Source: an uncultured Chromatiaceae bacterium
Lineage (GTDB): Bacteria; Pseudomonadota; Gammaproteobacteria; Tenderiales; Tenderiaceae
Direction: 5' to 3'
Assembly: GCA_947085765.1 (NCBI GenBank)
Contig: CAMTXZ010000031.1
Location: forward strand, 30,283-94,282
Length of the DNA: 64,000 bases
Shown here: in pieces, positions 43,762 to 52,771 of the stretch
Numbering within the stretch: position 1 is the first letter of the stretch
Layout of the letters: every line of letters starts with the position of its first letter
The notes under the pieces: model-generated
The model's input: the letters and a program-made list of their open reading frames with translations, nothing else
Told to the model about the DNA's origin: nothing
The model's database searches: none
Made by a program: the position numbers and the translations under genes

Positions 43762-44765
43762 GCAAACCTCTCTGCCGTTCACTCATCACCCTGCTCTTTG
43801 GCATCACCCTACTCACTGGCTGCGTCACCGTACCTCCACAACCAGATGCCACACCAGCGCCACAACCCGACATCTGGTCCGCGCAACGCTACTACGACGA
43901 AGCGCGTCAGGCCCAGGCCAATGGCGATTTCAGCAGCGCACTCACGCAACTTGCCGAACTTCAACAGCGCTACCCCGACAGCGCTTACACCAAACTGGTC
44001 GCGCTGGAGAGTAGCTACGCCCATTACAAAATCGCAGATTATCCGGCCGCCATCCAGGCCGCTGACCGGTTCATTGCCCAACAAGCAAACGCCAGCGCTG
44101 CGGATTACGCCTGGTACCTGAAGGGCATGGCCCACCTCAACCTTGCTGGCCAAAACAGTACAAACAGCGCCACATTTGATTCCGACAACAGCCGCACGGC
44201 CTACCAGAGCCTGCTCCATTTGGCGCAAGCGTTTCCCAACAGCCCGTATCGAACCGAGGCACTGCAACAGCTACAGCCGCTGCGCACCCAGCTGGCGGAA
44301 CACGAACTCGACATCACCTATGCCCTGCTGCAACAGGGCAACCAACAGGGTGCGCGTGATCGCGCCGCCTATCTGCTCAAGAGTTACCCGGAGACAACGG
44401 CCGCCAATACAGCACAGCTCATCCTGCAAAGTGGCAATGCCAACACCATCCACCCCGAGGGGTTGCAGCACGAAAAGTGGCTGATGCAGCAGAACCCTAA
44501 CCACTTCACCCTCCAGATTGCCGGTAGCCACGACAAACAGTGGCTTGATAAGTTAGTCGCCCAGCACTCCCAACAGATCGTCTGGTTCCAGCGCCTCTGG
44601 CAAGGACAACCGTGGTATACCGTGCTCTATGGCCACTACAACAGCGCCGCTGAAGCAGAGGCGGCCATGCCTGCTGTCAAATCAACCCTGGTGGTTAACG
44701 AAGCCTGGGTACAGCCATTTTCGACCATACAACAGCGCCTTCACGACACCGATGCCAACCGCTGA
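43758..44765 (+). CDS. BamD-like lipoprotein with one C-terminal SPOR-like domain
   Basis: Lipobox LLTGC. BamD-homologous TPR region (…YPDSAYTKLVALESSYAHYKIAD…). C-terminal …HFTLQIAGSHD…WYTVLYGHYNSAAEAE…. The start overlaps the upstream stop. Confidence 0.65.
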   Translation: MSKPLCRSLITLLFGITLLTGCVTVPPQPDATPAPQPDIWSAQRYYDEARQAQANGDFSSALTQLAELQQRYPDSAYTKLVALESSYAHYKIADYPAAIQAADRFIAQQANASAADYAWYLKGMAHLNLAGQNSTNSATFDSDNSRTAYQSLLHLAQAFPNSPYRTEALQQLQPLRTQLAEHELDITYALLQQGNQQGARDRAAYLLKSYPETTAANTAQLILQSGNANTIHPEGLQHEKWLMQQNPNHFTLQIAGSHDKQWLDKLVAQHSQQIVWFQRLWQGQPWYTVLYGHYNSAAEAEAAMPAVKSTLVVNEAWVQPFSTIQQRLHDTDANR

Positions 44766-44841
44766 AGCTGCGACAAGCCAACCCCGGTTATGCTAGGCTA
44801 CGACACCAATAATCAAGACCATCACAACACTGAAACAGCCG

Positions 44842-45594
44842 ATGTCACTCATAAAATCACTCACCTCACTGTTCCTCATCACCCTGCTGCTGGTCGGTTG
44901 CGCCACCACCGACCTCGACCCCAGCACATGGCCCGCCGAGCGCTTTTACAAAGAGGCCAAACAGGCCCTTAATGACCGCGACTACGAAATCGCCATCAAG
45001 CGTTATGAAGACCTGGAGATCCACCACCCCTTCAGCCCTTATACCCAACAGGCACAGCTGGAGGTGGGTTACGCCTACTTCAAATATGACGAGCCGGACT
45101 CTGCCATCGCCGCCGCCGAGCGCTACATCAAACTCTACCCACGTGCCGACAATGTCGACTACGCCTACTATCTGCGCGGACTGGTAAGCTTCGAACGCGG
45201 CCTCAGCACGTTCGACCTCGCACTGGGTCTCGACATCACCAAACGGGAACCCAAATCAGCCAAAAATGCCTTTTTCTATTTTGAAGAGCTGGTCAAACGT
45301 TACCCCAATAGCCCATATGCCGAAGATGCCAAACGGCGCATGGTCGATCTGCGCAACCGCCTCGCCACCTATGAGATGCACGTTGCCGACTACTACATGC
45401 GCCGTGGTGCCTATCTCTCCGCCGCCAACCGCTGCCAGGAGGTGCTGGAAAACTACCCGCAGACCCCAGCCATTCCCGACGCCCTGGTGATGATGGTGCA
45501 GGCCTACCGCGAACTCGGCATTGACGACCTGGCCGAAGATACACGCAAGGTGCTCCAGCTCAACTATCCCGACAGGCTCAGTGCATTAAAGTGA
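44842..45594 (+). CDS. bamD: Outer membrane protein assembly factor BamD (canonical length)
   Basis: 250 aa. Lipobox LLVGC; TPR lipoprotein with …HPFSPYTQQAQLEVGYAYFKYDE… and …YPNSPYAEDAKRRMVDLRNRLA…. Confidence 0.8.
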   Translation: MSLIKSLTSLFLITLLLVGCATTDLDPSTWPAERFYKEAKQALNDRDYEIAIKRYEDLEIHHPFSPYTQQAQLEVGYAYFKYDEPDSAIAAAERYIKLYPRADNVDYAYYLRGLVSFERGLSTFDLALGLDITKREPKSAKNAFFYFEELVKRYPNSPYAEDAKRRMVDLRNRLATYEMHVADYYMRRGAYLSAANRCQEVLENYPQTPAIPDALVMMVQAYRELGIDDLAEDTRKVLQLNYPDRLSALK

Positions 45595-45668
45595 AAGTCC
45601 GATTAAAGTGTTGATATAGAGACGAAGCACAAGTAGCAAATTCAGATAAAAGCAGAGGAGAACAATCT

Positions 45669-46193
45669 ATGTGGGATTTTTTTGAAACCGTTCGTCACCG
45701 CCACTCCGTCCGCTGTTACCAGAGCGACATGCCGGTAGAAAAAGAAAAACTGCACGCCATCCTTGAAACCGCCTGCAGCGCTCCATCAGCCGGCGACTTG
45801 CAGGCCTATAAAATCATCGTTGTCAGCAACCCGGAAAAGCGCCAGGCGCTCGCCAATGCCGCCGAAGGGCAGAGCTTCATCTCCGCAGCGCCAGTCTGTC
45901 TTGTCTTCTGCGCTGATCCACAACGCTCCGCCACCCAGTATGGCGAACGCGGCCAGAAACTCTACGCCGTCCAGGACACCACCATCGCCGCCGCCTACGC
46001 CCAACTCGCCGTTGTTGCTGCGGGCATGGGCTCCACCTGGGTCGGTTACTTCGATGAAGAGAAGGTCCGGACTATTCTCCAGATCGACAGCAACCTCAAC
46101 CCCATCGCCATGCTCAGCCTCGGCTACCCGGCCGAACTGCCCGAGCCAACCAAACGCCGCCGGCTGGACGAGATCGTCAGCCATATCGAATAA
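45669..46193 (+). CDS. Nitroreductase family protein
   Basis: 174 aa. …RHSVRCY…SAPSAGDLQAYKIIVV… is the FMN-dependent nitroreductase fold signature. Confidence 0.8.
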   Translation: MWDFFETVRHRHSVRCYQSDMPVEKEKLHAILETACSAPSAGDLQAYKIIVVSNPEKRQALANAAEGQSFISAAPVCLVFCADPQRSATQYGERGQKLYAVQDTTIAAAYAQLAVVAAGMGSTWVGYFDEEKVRTILQIDSNLNPIAMLSLGYPAELPEPTKRRRLDEIVSHIE

Positions 46194-46285
46194 AGCCAAA
46201 CACGCTTCACCATCCCCCATCCCCCACCACCAGAGCCGTGAGGATGGTGAAGCGCTACAAATGCAAAGCACTACACTACACTACA

Positions 46286-47185
46286 CTACAGCGCCACAGC
46301 TTCCTCCACCTGGCGCATGTTTTTTACCTGTAAAGAATCACTCAGCGCATCCAGCGCAGCACCCACCTCATAATCAAACGCAATGGTCACGTAATCACCC
46401 GCACTCACCGCCATCGGCTCGGCAAGTGGAACAATCAGATACTGGTTATACCAATCAACCGTACGTTGCTCAGCCATCAATATTGCAAGGATGTTTTTTG
46501 TCACCATACGAATAGCGTTTAAGTTGCCATCCCTGGCAATCTTTATCGTTCCATCAAAACTGCATCGCTGCGGTAGCTCGGCATCATAAGTAAAACTCTG
46601 GAATAACGCCGGGTCACTCAACTCACGACTCTTTTCATGGGTAACGGTAGGCTCCTGAAACAGGATCGTCTGGGCGTAATAACCCTCAAAATTAAAATCC
46701 TGCTCAATCGGCTGCACCGCCTGGATACACGCCTCCGGCACAAAGATTGGCAATGGGCCGCCAAACCTCTCCAGATAGCGCTGTTTAAACTGAGCAATCA
46801 TCGCAACCTGTTTTTCACGCAGTAACCCCACATGTAACATTTCACAAATCACCACATCAACAGGCTCAGGCGGAAGATAACGGCTTGCATCCGCCTGAAC
46901 AATCTCCACCCTATCGCCATTTGTGTTCTGGCGCATAATGCGCCGTACAGCCGCCACCAGCTCGGGATTTCGCTCCACACACCAAACATGCCCCGCCTGC
47001 TGCGCCGCAAAAAAAGATAACACCCCGGTGCCGCCACCCAACTCCAACACCCGCGCACCTGGCCGCACCACCTCTTGCAAGGCACGCTTAAAACCCTGCA
47101 TCCGTGCAGTATCATTCAACATGTTGTAATGATATTGCAGCGGGATAAACTGACCCAACTCCAAGTGGTCATATCGGTTGTTCAT
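46286..47185 (-). CDS. PRMT-like class I SAM-dependent methyltransferase (protein arginine N-methyltransferase homolog)
   Basis: …YHYNMLNDTARMQGFKRAL…VLELGGGTGVLSFFAAQ…VDVVICEMLH… matches PRMT motifs (pre-I, I VLD/EVGxGxG, post-I, THW-like region). Likely start MNNRYDHLELG at 47185; the ORF track extends to 47302. Confidence 0.65.
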   Translation of the reverse strand: MNNRYDHLELGQFIPLQYHYNMLNDTARMQGFKRALQEVVRPGARVLELGGGTGVLSFFAAQQAGHVWCVERNPELVAAVRRIMRQNTNGDRVEIVQADASRYLPPEPVDVVICEMLHVGLLREKQVAMIAQFKQRYLERFGGPLPIFVPEACIQAVQPIEQDFNFEGYYAQTILFQEPTVTHEKSRELSDPALFQSFTYDAELPQRCSFDGTIKIARDGNLNAIRMVTKNILAILMAEQRTVDWYNQYLIVPLAEPMAVSAGDYVTIAFDYEVGAALDALSDSLQVKNMRQVEEAVAL

Positions 47186-47433
47186 ACACACTCCTCGATC
47201 AGATTGATTGCAAACAGCCATCACCAGCGGAGTCGTTCGACTCACCACCACATGCCGGCCATCGTCTTCATAACGCAAGGTGCGGGCCAACCAGAAAAAC
47301 ATGCTGGATCGAGGGTGTAACCGCCTTATGACGGCAAGTAGTTGCCGTAACGATTAAAGAAGGATGGCAAGGGCGGAGAAGAGTTGCCTAATCAAGAGAG
47401 CGCTTCAAGGGTAAATACACCTCACAATACCGA

Positions 47434-47679
47434 ATGAGATCACCGCAGACCAATAGTACCTGTGAACGTTTCCATCAGACCATCTTGCAGGGGTTCTATC
47501 AAATCACCTCCCGCAAGAAGATCTATGCTGATCTGGAAACACTACAGGCCGATCTGGACATCTGGCTGACGCACTACAACAATGAACAGAGACATCAGGG
47601 CAAGATGTGCTGTGGCCAAACGCCGATGGCAACGTTGAAGGAGAGTAAAAAAATCTGGCAGGAAAAATCTGTGAACTGA
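47434..47679 (+). mobile_element. C-terminal fragment of a DDE transposase/integrase (IS481/IS3-like rve core remnant)
   Basis: 81 aa. …SPQTNSTCERFHQTILQGFYQ…WLTHYNNEQRHQGKMCCGQTP… matches the conserved C-terminal end of rve-family transposases (SPQTNGxxERFxxTL…YNxxRxHxxL…TP). The N-terminal catalytic part is absent. Confidence 0.6.
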
Positions 47680-47848
47680 ATTTGACCTGACAGTCACTTC
47701 CGAAAAATCGGTAACTGTCAGATCAGGTCGCGACTACTACAAATGAGGGAAGGCAGCTTGCGGCCAGGAGCGGACTTCAAAACTGACAAGAATACGACTC
47801 GCAAGCCTTTTTGACTTACAATCAACCTGTGGAACTAGCCAATAATAT

Positions 47849-48757
47849 TTACAGCTTCAATGTAAAATTAACCTCGACACCACTAGCAGGCCTATCAACA
47901 GGCACCTCACTATACCCTGAAGAAACACGCCAAACTGGTAGGTTAGGATATAACTCTTTTCCTAAAATGACAGAAAGTACTGCAAGTATTTTGGGACCCA
48001 ATGGAATAATCAGTGGTCGTGAGAATTTATTTAGTGATTGAACCAATGACTTTAAATCTAAATATGTAGAATATGGCTGACATACATCATAGAAAAACAC
48101 ATTATCACTTGATATTGAATCTAATAGGTCTTTGTTATTATCTACAACATCGGTTTCAAATTTGGTAACAGGGCTTTTAGGAATAAAGGTATAAATAAAA
48201 CCTGAATCCAAGAAGTTAGCAACCCCAAGGGCCTTGCTCTTTTCATAACCAAGACCGAATATCACCGAAGTAGGAAGAGATGGATCACCAATGGATCCTC
48301 CAAGCTGAGAAGTTATCTCACAAAGATACTTTATTGGCGTATCTTCATTTGGCGGCGGGATATAATCAGACAAGGTGTACACAACACTTAAAGTGGAATG
48401 TTCAGGGAGCGAATCCATTAAGCTGCAAATAATACAAGCCAACCTATGTCGACTCATAACAGTAATGTCTAACAACACATTTACTGGCCCATCAAAATTT
48501 TTTCCGAATAAAAATCCATCAACATGCCTGCTAACAGACTCATCACCATGCTCTATAATATTAGCTTTAGACTCCAAGTATTTGGATTTATTTACTTGGT
48601 AAGAAAATTTATCGGTATTAATATCATAACCAATGACCAATAATTCTGAGCAATCACTGCCATATTTATCAAATGCAGATATAGCTCTAGACTCAAAGCC
48701 AAGCCCAAAAATTGCCAAATCAAACTCCCCACCAATGAATGATTTTAATATTTTCAT
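47849..48757 (-). CDS. Hypothetical protein, last gene of a four-gene island operon (no family recognised)
   Basis: 302-aa ORF, AT-rich codon usage. The start overlaps the upstream gene stop (48754-48757). Confidence 0.6.
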   Translation of the reverse strand: MKILKSFIGGEFDLAIFGLGFESRAISAFDKYGSDCSELLVIGYDINTDKFSYQVNKSKYLESKANIIEHGDESVSRHVDGFLFGKNFDGPVNVLLDITVMSRHRLACIICSLMDSLPEHSTLSVVYTLSDYIPPPNEDTPIKYLCEITSQLGGSIGDPSLPTSVIFGLGYEKSKALGVANFLDSGFIYTFIPKSPVTKFETDVVDNNKDLLDSISSDNVFFYDVCQPYSTYLDLKSLVQSLNKFSRPLIIPLGPKILAVLSVILGKELYPNLPVWRVSSGYSEVPVDRPASGVEVNFTLKL

Positions 48758-50571
48758 AGCAAGTCTATTTGTTTATTGTTTTCGGCTAGGTCAACGACCT
48801 TAATCACAGAAGACCGTGGATTACTCCTCTTAAGCAGATCAACAAGTTCAATTTCTCTAGGTTTGGTAGTTAATAAGCCAAAACGATGTGAAAATAAGTA
48901 TGACAACCTGCACCGTGCCTTTCTAAGGTCCTTGAAATCATGAAATGGCTCATCAGAATTTTTAACAATAATCAACGCGCCGGCATTCAATGCAAAGCCA
49001 ACAGCGGCTAAATAGCCGATATTTTCATCTTTTTTAAAGGTAAGTGTCCCTTTTGGCTCAGGACAAAACTGTGCCCCTACAATTTCTTCTTTAAAAGATG
49101 TTGCGATAGTTTCAATCAGATCGAAAATCGTATTGTATGAGTTATCATCTGAAGAAATAGCAATTGTTCTTAACAAAGCATTGTAAGACCTGAATGTATC
49201 ATTTAAACATTCAAGCTGAGAGGTAATTGGAATCGTTTTCTTTTCCTTCACTATAGATATGAACTTATTAATAAGTCCGATAAGCATCCTAGGATTATAT
49301 TCCATTGCCTTGCATAAATTCGAAAAACCAACATAACTATCAGGGGGTCTCTTTCGGCTAGCTAATCCACTTTCTTTCCTGTAGTAATTTCTAAGATGGG
49401 CTACAAATTTAATCTTTCTAACTGTTGGCCCCTTGTTTTTATCGCCATAATTGCGGATGTCGTCAATATTTATTCTTTGATCATCCAGGTACTCTTTAAA
49501 GGTCAAATCTTTTTCTGAAAGCTCTCTAAAAGTGTCTTCTACGCTAAAAGGCTTAGGCTCTTCGAAGTAACTCTCAATATCATCGTTCAAATTGTTTTTC
49601 TTGAAAATGTTAGAGCAAAGCTTTTTAGAGAACTCAAGGCCCATTTTGTCAGAATTACCGGTGAGGTTAATAAAGGAGAGATCTTGATTGCTCATCGAGC
49701 TATCTGAGCACTTAGTCACCTCTAAATTCTTATGGTATGGCGATAATGATAATTTAAAAATAACATCTTCTGGCCCACCTCGCATCGAATCCACAAGAGG
49801 CTGGATAATCTCTTCAGGCGCCAGTTCTAATTCATCGAATAAAAAAGACCACTTATGACCGCACTCATTAAAATAAGAATTTACTATTCTAGTACTTGCC
49901 CCAAGAATAGATGATATTCCACCGGTGACAATGTCCGGTTTATTAATATGGCCTATAGTTTTTCTATCAAGCGACGAAGTTATATAGTCTGAAACTTCCT
50001 TTTTCTTATTTGTTACGGAAACCTCTAGACTTCGCAATGAACAGATCTTAGGACTCACATGCCACAACTGTGCTAACTCACCAACCAATTCAGCCTCATC
50101 AACCTTTTTTATGACTACAGACTTAAAATTATTCTTCTTCCTTGGTGCCTGAGCAACGCGATATCCAATAGTGGAAGCCATTCTTTCAAGTGTGTGGTAG
50201 ACAAAAATCGACTCAAGTAAACGTCCTCCTTCCTCTATGCTTCCTACTTTATCTTTTATAATATCAAACTGCGTTTTCCAAAACCGATCGGTAGGAATGA
50301 AAACACCAGAAAAAGATATTGAGTTCCTGAATTTCGGGGCACTTGAATCATTCCAGATTTCCAACGCCTCAACTTGAAGCATCCGCATCAGAGTGGTTTT
50401 TCCACTACCTCTAGGTCCAATCATTATTGTATGATTGGATGAAGCTAAATTCTGGAAGTGCTCACTAACGATAAAAGAATCGCACAGCTCTTGAGTTGTA
50501 AGCGTTCGAGCATTAAATGATTCATATATTGATGGTGCTTTTTCAAACATTACGCTTACCCACCTCAACAA
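48754..50571 (-). CDS. Large P-loop NTPase (Walker A GPRGSGKTT, candidate Walker B LFDELE), third gene of island operon
   Basis: 605 aa. Walker A at residues 52-59. An hhhhDE motif about 190 aa downstream suggests ABC/RecF-like rather than AAA+ spacing. Long C-terminal region of unknown function. It overlaps the upstream gene by 29 nt. Confidence 0.7.
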   Translation of the reverse strand: MLRWVSVMFEKAPSIYESFNARTLTTQELCDSFIVSEHFQNLASSNHTIMIGPRGSGKTTLMRMLQVEALEIWNDSSAPKFRNSISFSGVFIPTDRFWKTQFDIIKDKVGSIEEGGRLLESIFVYHTLERMASTIGYRVAQAPRKKNNFKSVVIKKVDEAELVGELAQLWHVSPKICSLRSLEVSVTNKKKEVSDYITSSLDRKTIGHINKPDIVTGGISSILGASTRIVNSYFNECGHKWSFLFDELELAPEEIIQPLVDSMRGGPEDVIFKLSLSPYHKNLEVTKCSDSSMSNQDLSFINLTGNSDKMGLEFSKKLCSNIFKKNNLNDDIESYFEEPKPFSVEDTFRELSEKDLTFKEYLDDQRINIDDIRNYGDKNKGPTVRKIKFVAHLRNYYRKESGLASRKRPPDSYVGFSNLCKAMEYNPRMLIGLINKFISIVKEKKTIPITSQLECLNDTFRSYNALLRTIAISSDDNSYNTIFDLIETIATSFKEEIVGAQFCPEPKGTLTFKKDENIGYLAAVGFALNAGALIIVKNSDEPFHDFKDLRKARCRLSYLFSHRFGLLTTKPREIELVDLLKRSNPRSSVIKVVDLAENNKQIDLL

Positions 50572-51733
50572 TTACATTGCACTTATGGTCTACAGACAAT
50601 CCATTTTCTTCAAGCTCTCTCACAAGACTATTGAAATCATGCGGCGTGAAGTTGGCTGCCAGGTCATGAAATTGAGATAAGTCTTGTTCATTTAGGTAAG
50701 GATTGCTTTCAGATATTAAGGCAGTAATTTTGTCAGCTACGGCCTTTGGTGTTATGGCACTCCCAAATCCACTTTTAGCAGGAAGGTTTGATGATGTTGA
50801 CTCCCCCCATTTTAACCCTCTAAGGCGTTCATGTGTCTCAAGTGTTCCAACTGCTTTTCCTTCAGAAATACATTTATCCAAATCAATCTCAATTATGTAA
50901 AATTGATTTGAAGTACGGTCTTCAATTCCGCCATGCAATCTTGCTGAAATGCTTCCGGATGAAAATATTACATATGGATTCATGCCTGGCGCAGGAGCAT
51001 ATGTAACATCTGCAAAATGCTTGTGCCCATGAATTACTAGCCACGGCCCTTTGTTTGCACCATGTAATTTATGGAGTAGATATTGTCCACCTTGCATGCA
51101 CTCATTATCTTCTGACCTGTCTACATGTTCCATTTTTTGTGGGTGATGGTGACATAAAAGAATATTGATTGGCTTTTTCACAAAAAATTGTGAAGAAATG
51201 AATTTACTAATTTGATCGGCAACGTCACTGGAAATTCGACCATGTGCTCCTTCATCATTAAAGCCATGATATGCGCTGGTATTTAATGATATGGCGTTGT
51301 AGCTTAGGATCTTTCCTTCTGAATGACACCAATGCCAAGCCCAAAAATGTGTATTTTTTTCACTGCAATCGAATGGGAAGCTAGGTTGAATAAACTGTAA
51401 TTGGTGCTTGGGATCATAAATGCTTTCTGTTCTCGACTGGTGATCATGATTTCCTGGCACACACAAGAGCTCAGGAATATTCAACTCATCTTTTACTCTT
51501 CTGACAAAATTCCATCCAGCAATAAAACAATCTTGTTCAGCTTGATTTGCTATATCACCAGCACAAATTAGAACGTCAATATCATGATCTAGTTTTTTCA
51601 CGTAATTTATGAATGCATTTCCATATTCGCTTTCGCCATTGTTAAAATAAAGATGTGAGTCTGTTTTTTTTGACGAGTCAACAATTGCGTGAAGATCGGA
51701 AATTACCAGCAGCCTTAATTTGTTATTATTCAT
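50543..51733 (-). CDS. Calcineurin-like metallophosphoesterase (Mre11/SbcD-like motif set), second gene of island operon
   Basis: 396 aa. Motifs ISDLHA (I), CAGDIAN (II), VPGNHDH (III), CHHHP (IV), IHGHKH (V). C-terminal extension of about 120 aa. Confidence 0.8.
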   Translation of the reverse strand: MNNNKLRLLVISDLHAIVDSSKKTDSHLYFNNGESEYGNAFINYVKKLDHDIDVLICAGDIANQAEQDCFIAGWNFVRRVKDELNIPELLCVPGNHDHQSRTESIYDPKHQLQFIQPSFPFDCSEKNTHFWAWHWCHSEGKILSYNAISLNTSAYHGFNDEGAHGRISSDVADQISKFISSQFFVKKPINILLCHHHPQKMEHVDRSEDNECMQGGQYLLHKLHGANKGPWLVIHGHKHFADVTYAPAPGMNPYVIFSSGSISARLHGGIEDRTSNQFYIIEIDLDKCISEGKAVGTLETHERLRGLKWGESTSSNLPAKSGFGSAITPKAVADKITALISESNPYLNEQDLSQFHDLAANFTPHDFNSLVRELEENGLSVDHKCNVIVEVGKRNV

Positions 51734-52520
51734 AATTTTTCACTAAGATCTCTTCAACCTCATTCCATGTGGTTTTGAAGCCTGAGATATGACGCTTCAC
51801 TGATAATGTTTGGACTGTAAAGTCTTTTGATAATAATTCGATGACGTCTTTGCAGGCACGATATGAGAACAGGAATTTAACACCTTTGCTATTCAAGTCA
51901 TACAAGCCTTTAAAGAGGACTGGTAAATTTTCAATATTAAAACTCCCAGGACCATATTCGCCAGTAAACTTCTCTGACTTTGAATACGGTGGGTCTATAT
52001 ATACAAAATCCCCTTCCTTTAGTTTTCGCAAGGTTTCAGTATAATCAGCAACAATTATCTCAGTGTTATAAAGCTTTTTTCTTGCCAAGTTAAACACATC
52101 TTGGGAGGGAAATCCGCCAGTTCTAGAGCCTCTTGGCACATTAAATTTACCTGCTTTATTTGTGCGATACACACCATTAAAACAGTAACGATTAAGATAT
52201 AAGAAACGCACCGCACGTTCTGCTTTACTCAGCGCATCCGGATCAAGCCCTCTTATCCTATAATATTCATCATCAGTATCAGGAATTTGGATCAGACTCT
52301 CCCGAATATTTTGATTGACCTTTATCTCACTCAAAGCATTAATCAATTCAAAGTTTATATCTGACAATAAAGCCTCGTAGACATTCACCTCAAAAAACAG
52401 ACATGCCGAACCGCAGAATGGCTCAACATAACGTTCGAAAGTTTTTGGAATACTTTGTGTTAACACAGGCAGAAGCTTTCGTTTACTACCTGCCCATCTT
52501 ATTAACGGTTTACTTTGCAA
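51726..52520 (-). CDS. Dam-family (D12 class) DNA N6-adenine methyltransferase, first gene of island operon
   Basis: 264 aa. IRWAGSKRKLLPVL, EPFCGSACLFF (motif I), YIDPPY (motif IV DPPY). Confidence 0.85.
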   Translation of the reverse strand: MQSKPLIRWAGSKRKLLPVLTQSIPKTFERYVEPFCGSACLFFEVNVYEALLSDINFELINALSEIKVNQNIRESLIQIPDTDDEYYRIRGLDPDALSKAERAVRFLYLNRYCFNGVYRTNKAGKFNVPRGSRTGGFPSQDVFNLARKKLYNTEIIVADYTETLRKLKEGDFVYIDPPYSKSEKFTGEYGPGSFNIENLPVLFKGLYDLNSKGVKFLFSYRACKDVIELLSKDFTVQTLSVKRHISGFKTTWNEVEEILVKNYE

Positions 52521-52771
52521 TCAGTAACCACCTTATTATTTTTGTTTAACTGATATATAAGTGTGACTCAGTCCAAACTTCCCCATAGACTGACTACTTC
52601 TAAAATAAGAGTTCAATAATACTCTTATCTAATGTTTGTGTTCCCACCCTAAATGAGGCAATTTTAACACCGAAGGTTAAGTCTGACACTTTTTGTTGAC
52701 TGTCCGCTCAGGGTCATAGCCCGCCGCCTGTTGCAACAAAAGACGCAAACTGTCGCGCCACTCAGCCTTGA

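Noticed and set aside
46268-46292. Short microsatellite (ctaca)4 downstream of the nitroreductase gene.
   Set aside because: Only four units in an intergenic spacer; no evidence of function or variability from the sequence alone.
47849-48757. Considered calling the 302-aa island gene a GATC-specific (DpnII/MboI-like) restriction endonuclease partnering the Dam methyltransferase.
   Set aside because: Size and context are compatible, but I cannot recognise any PD-(D/E)xK or family-specific motif in the sequence, so the assignment would be a guess. It is left as hypothetical and flagged for profile search.
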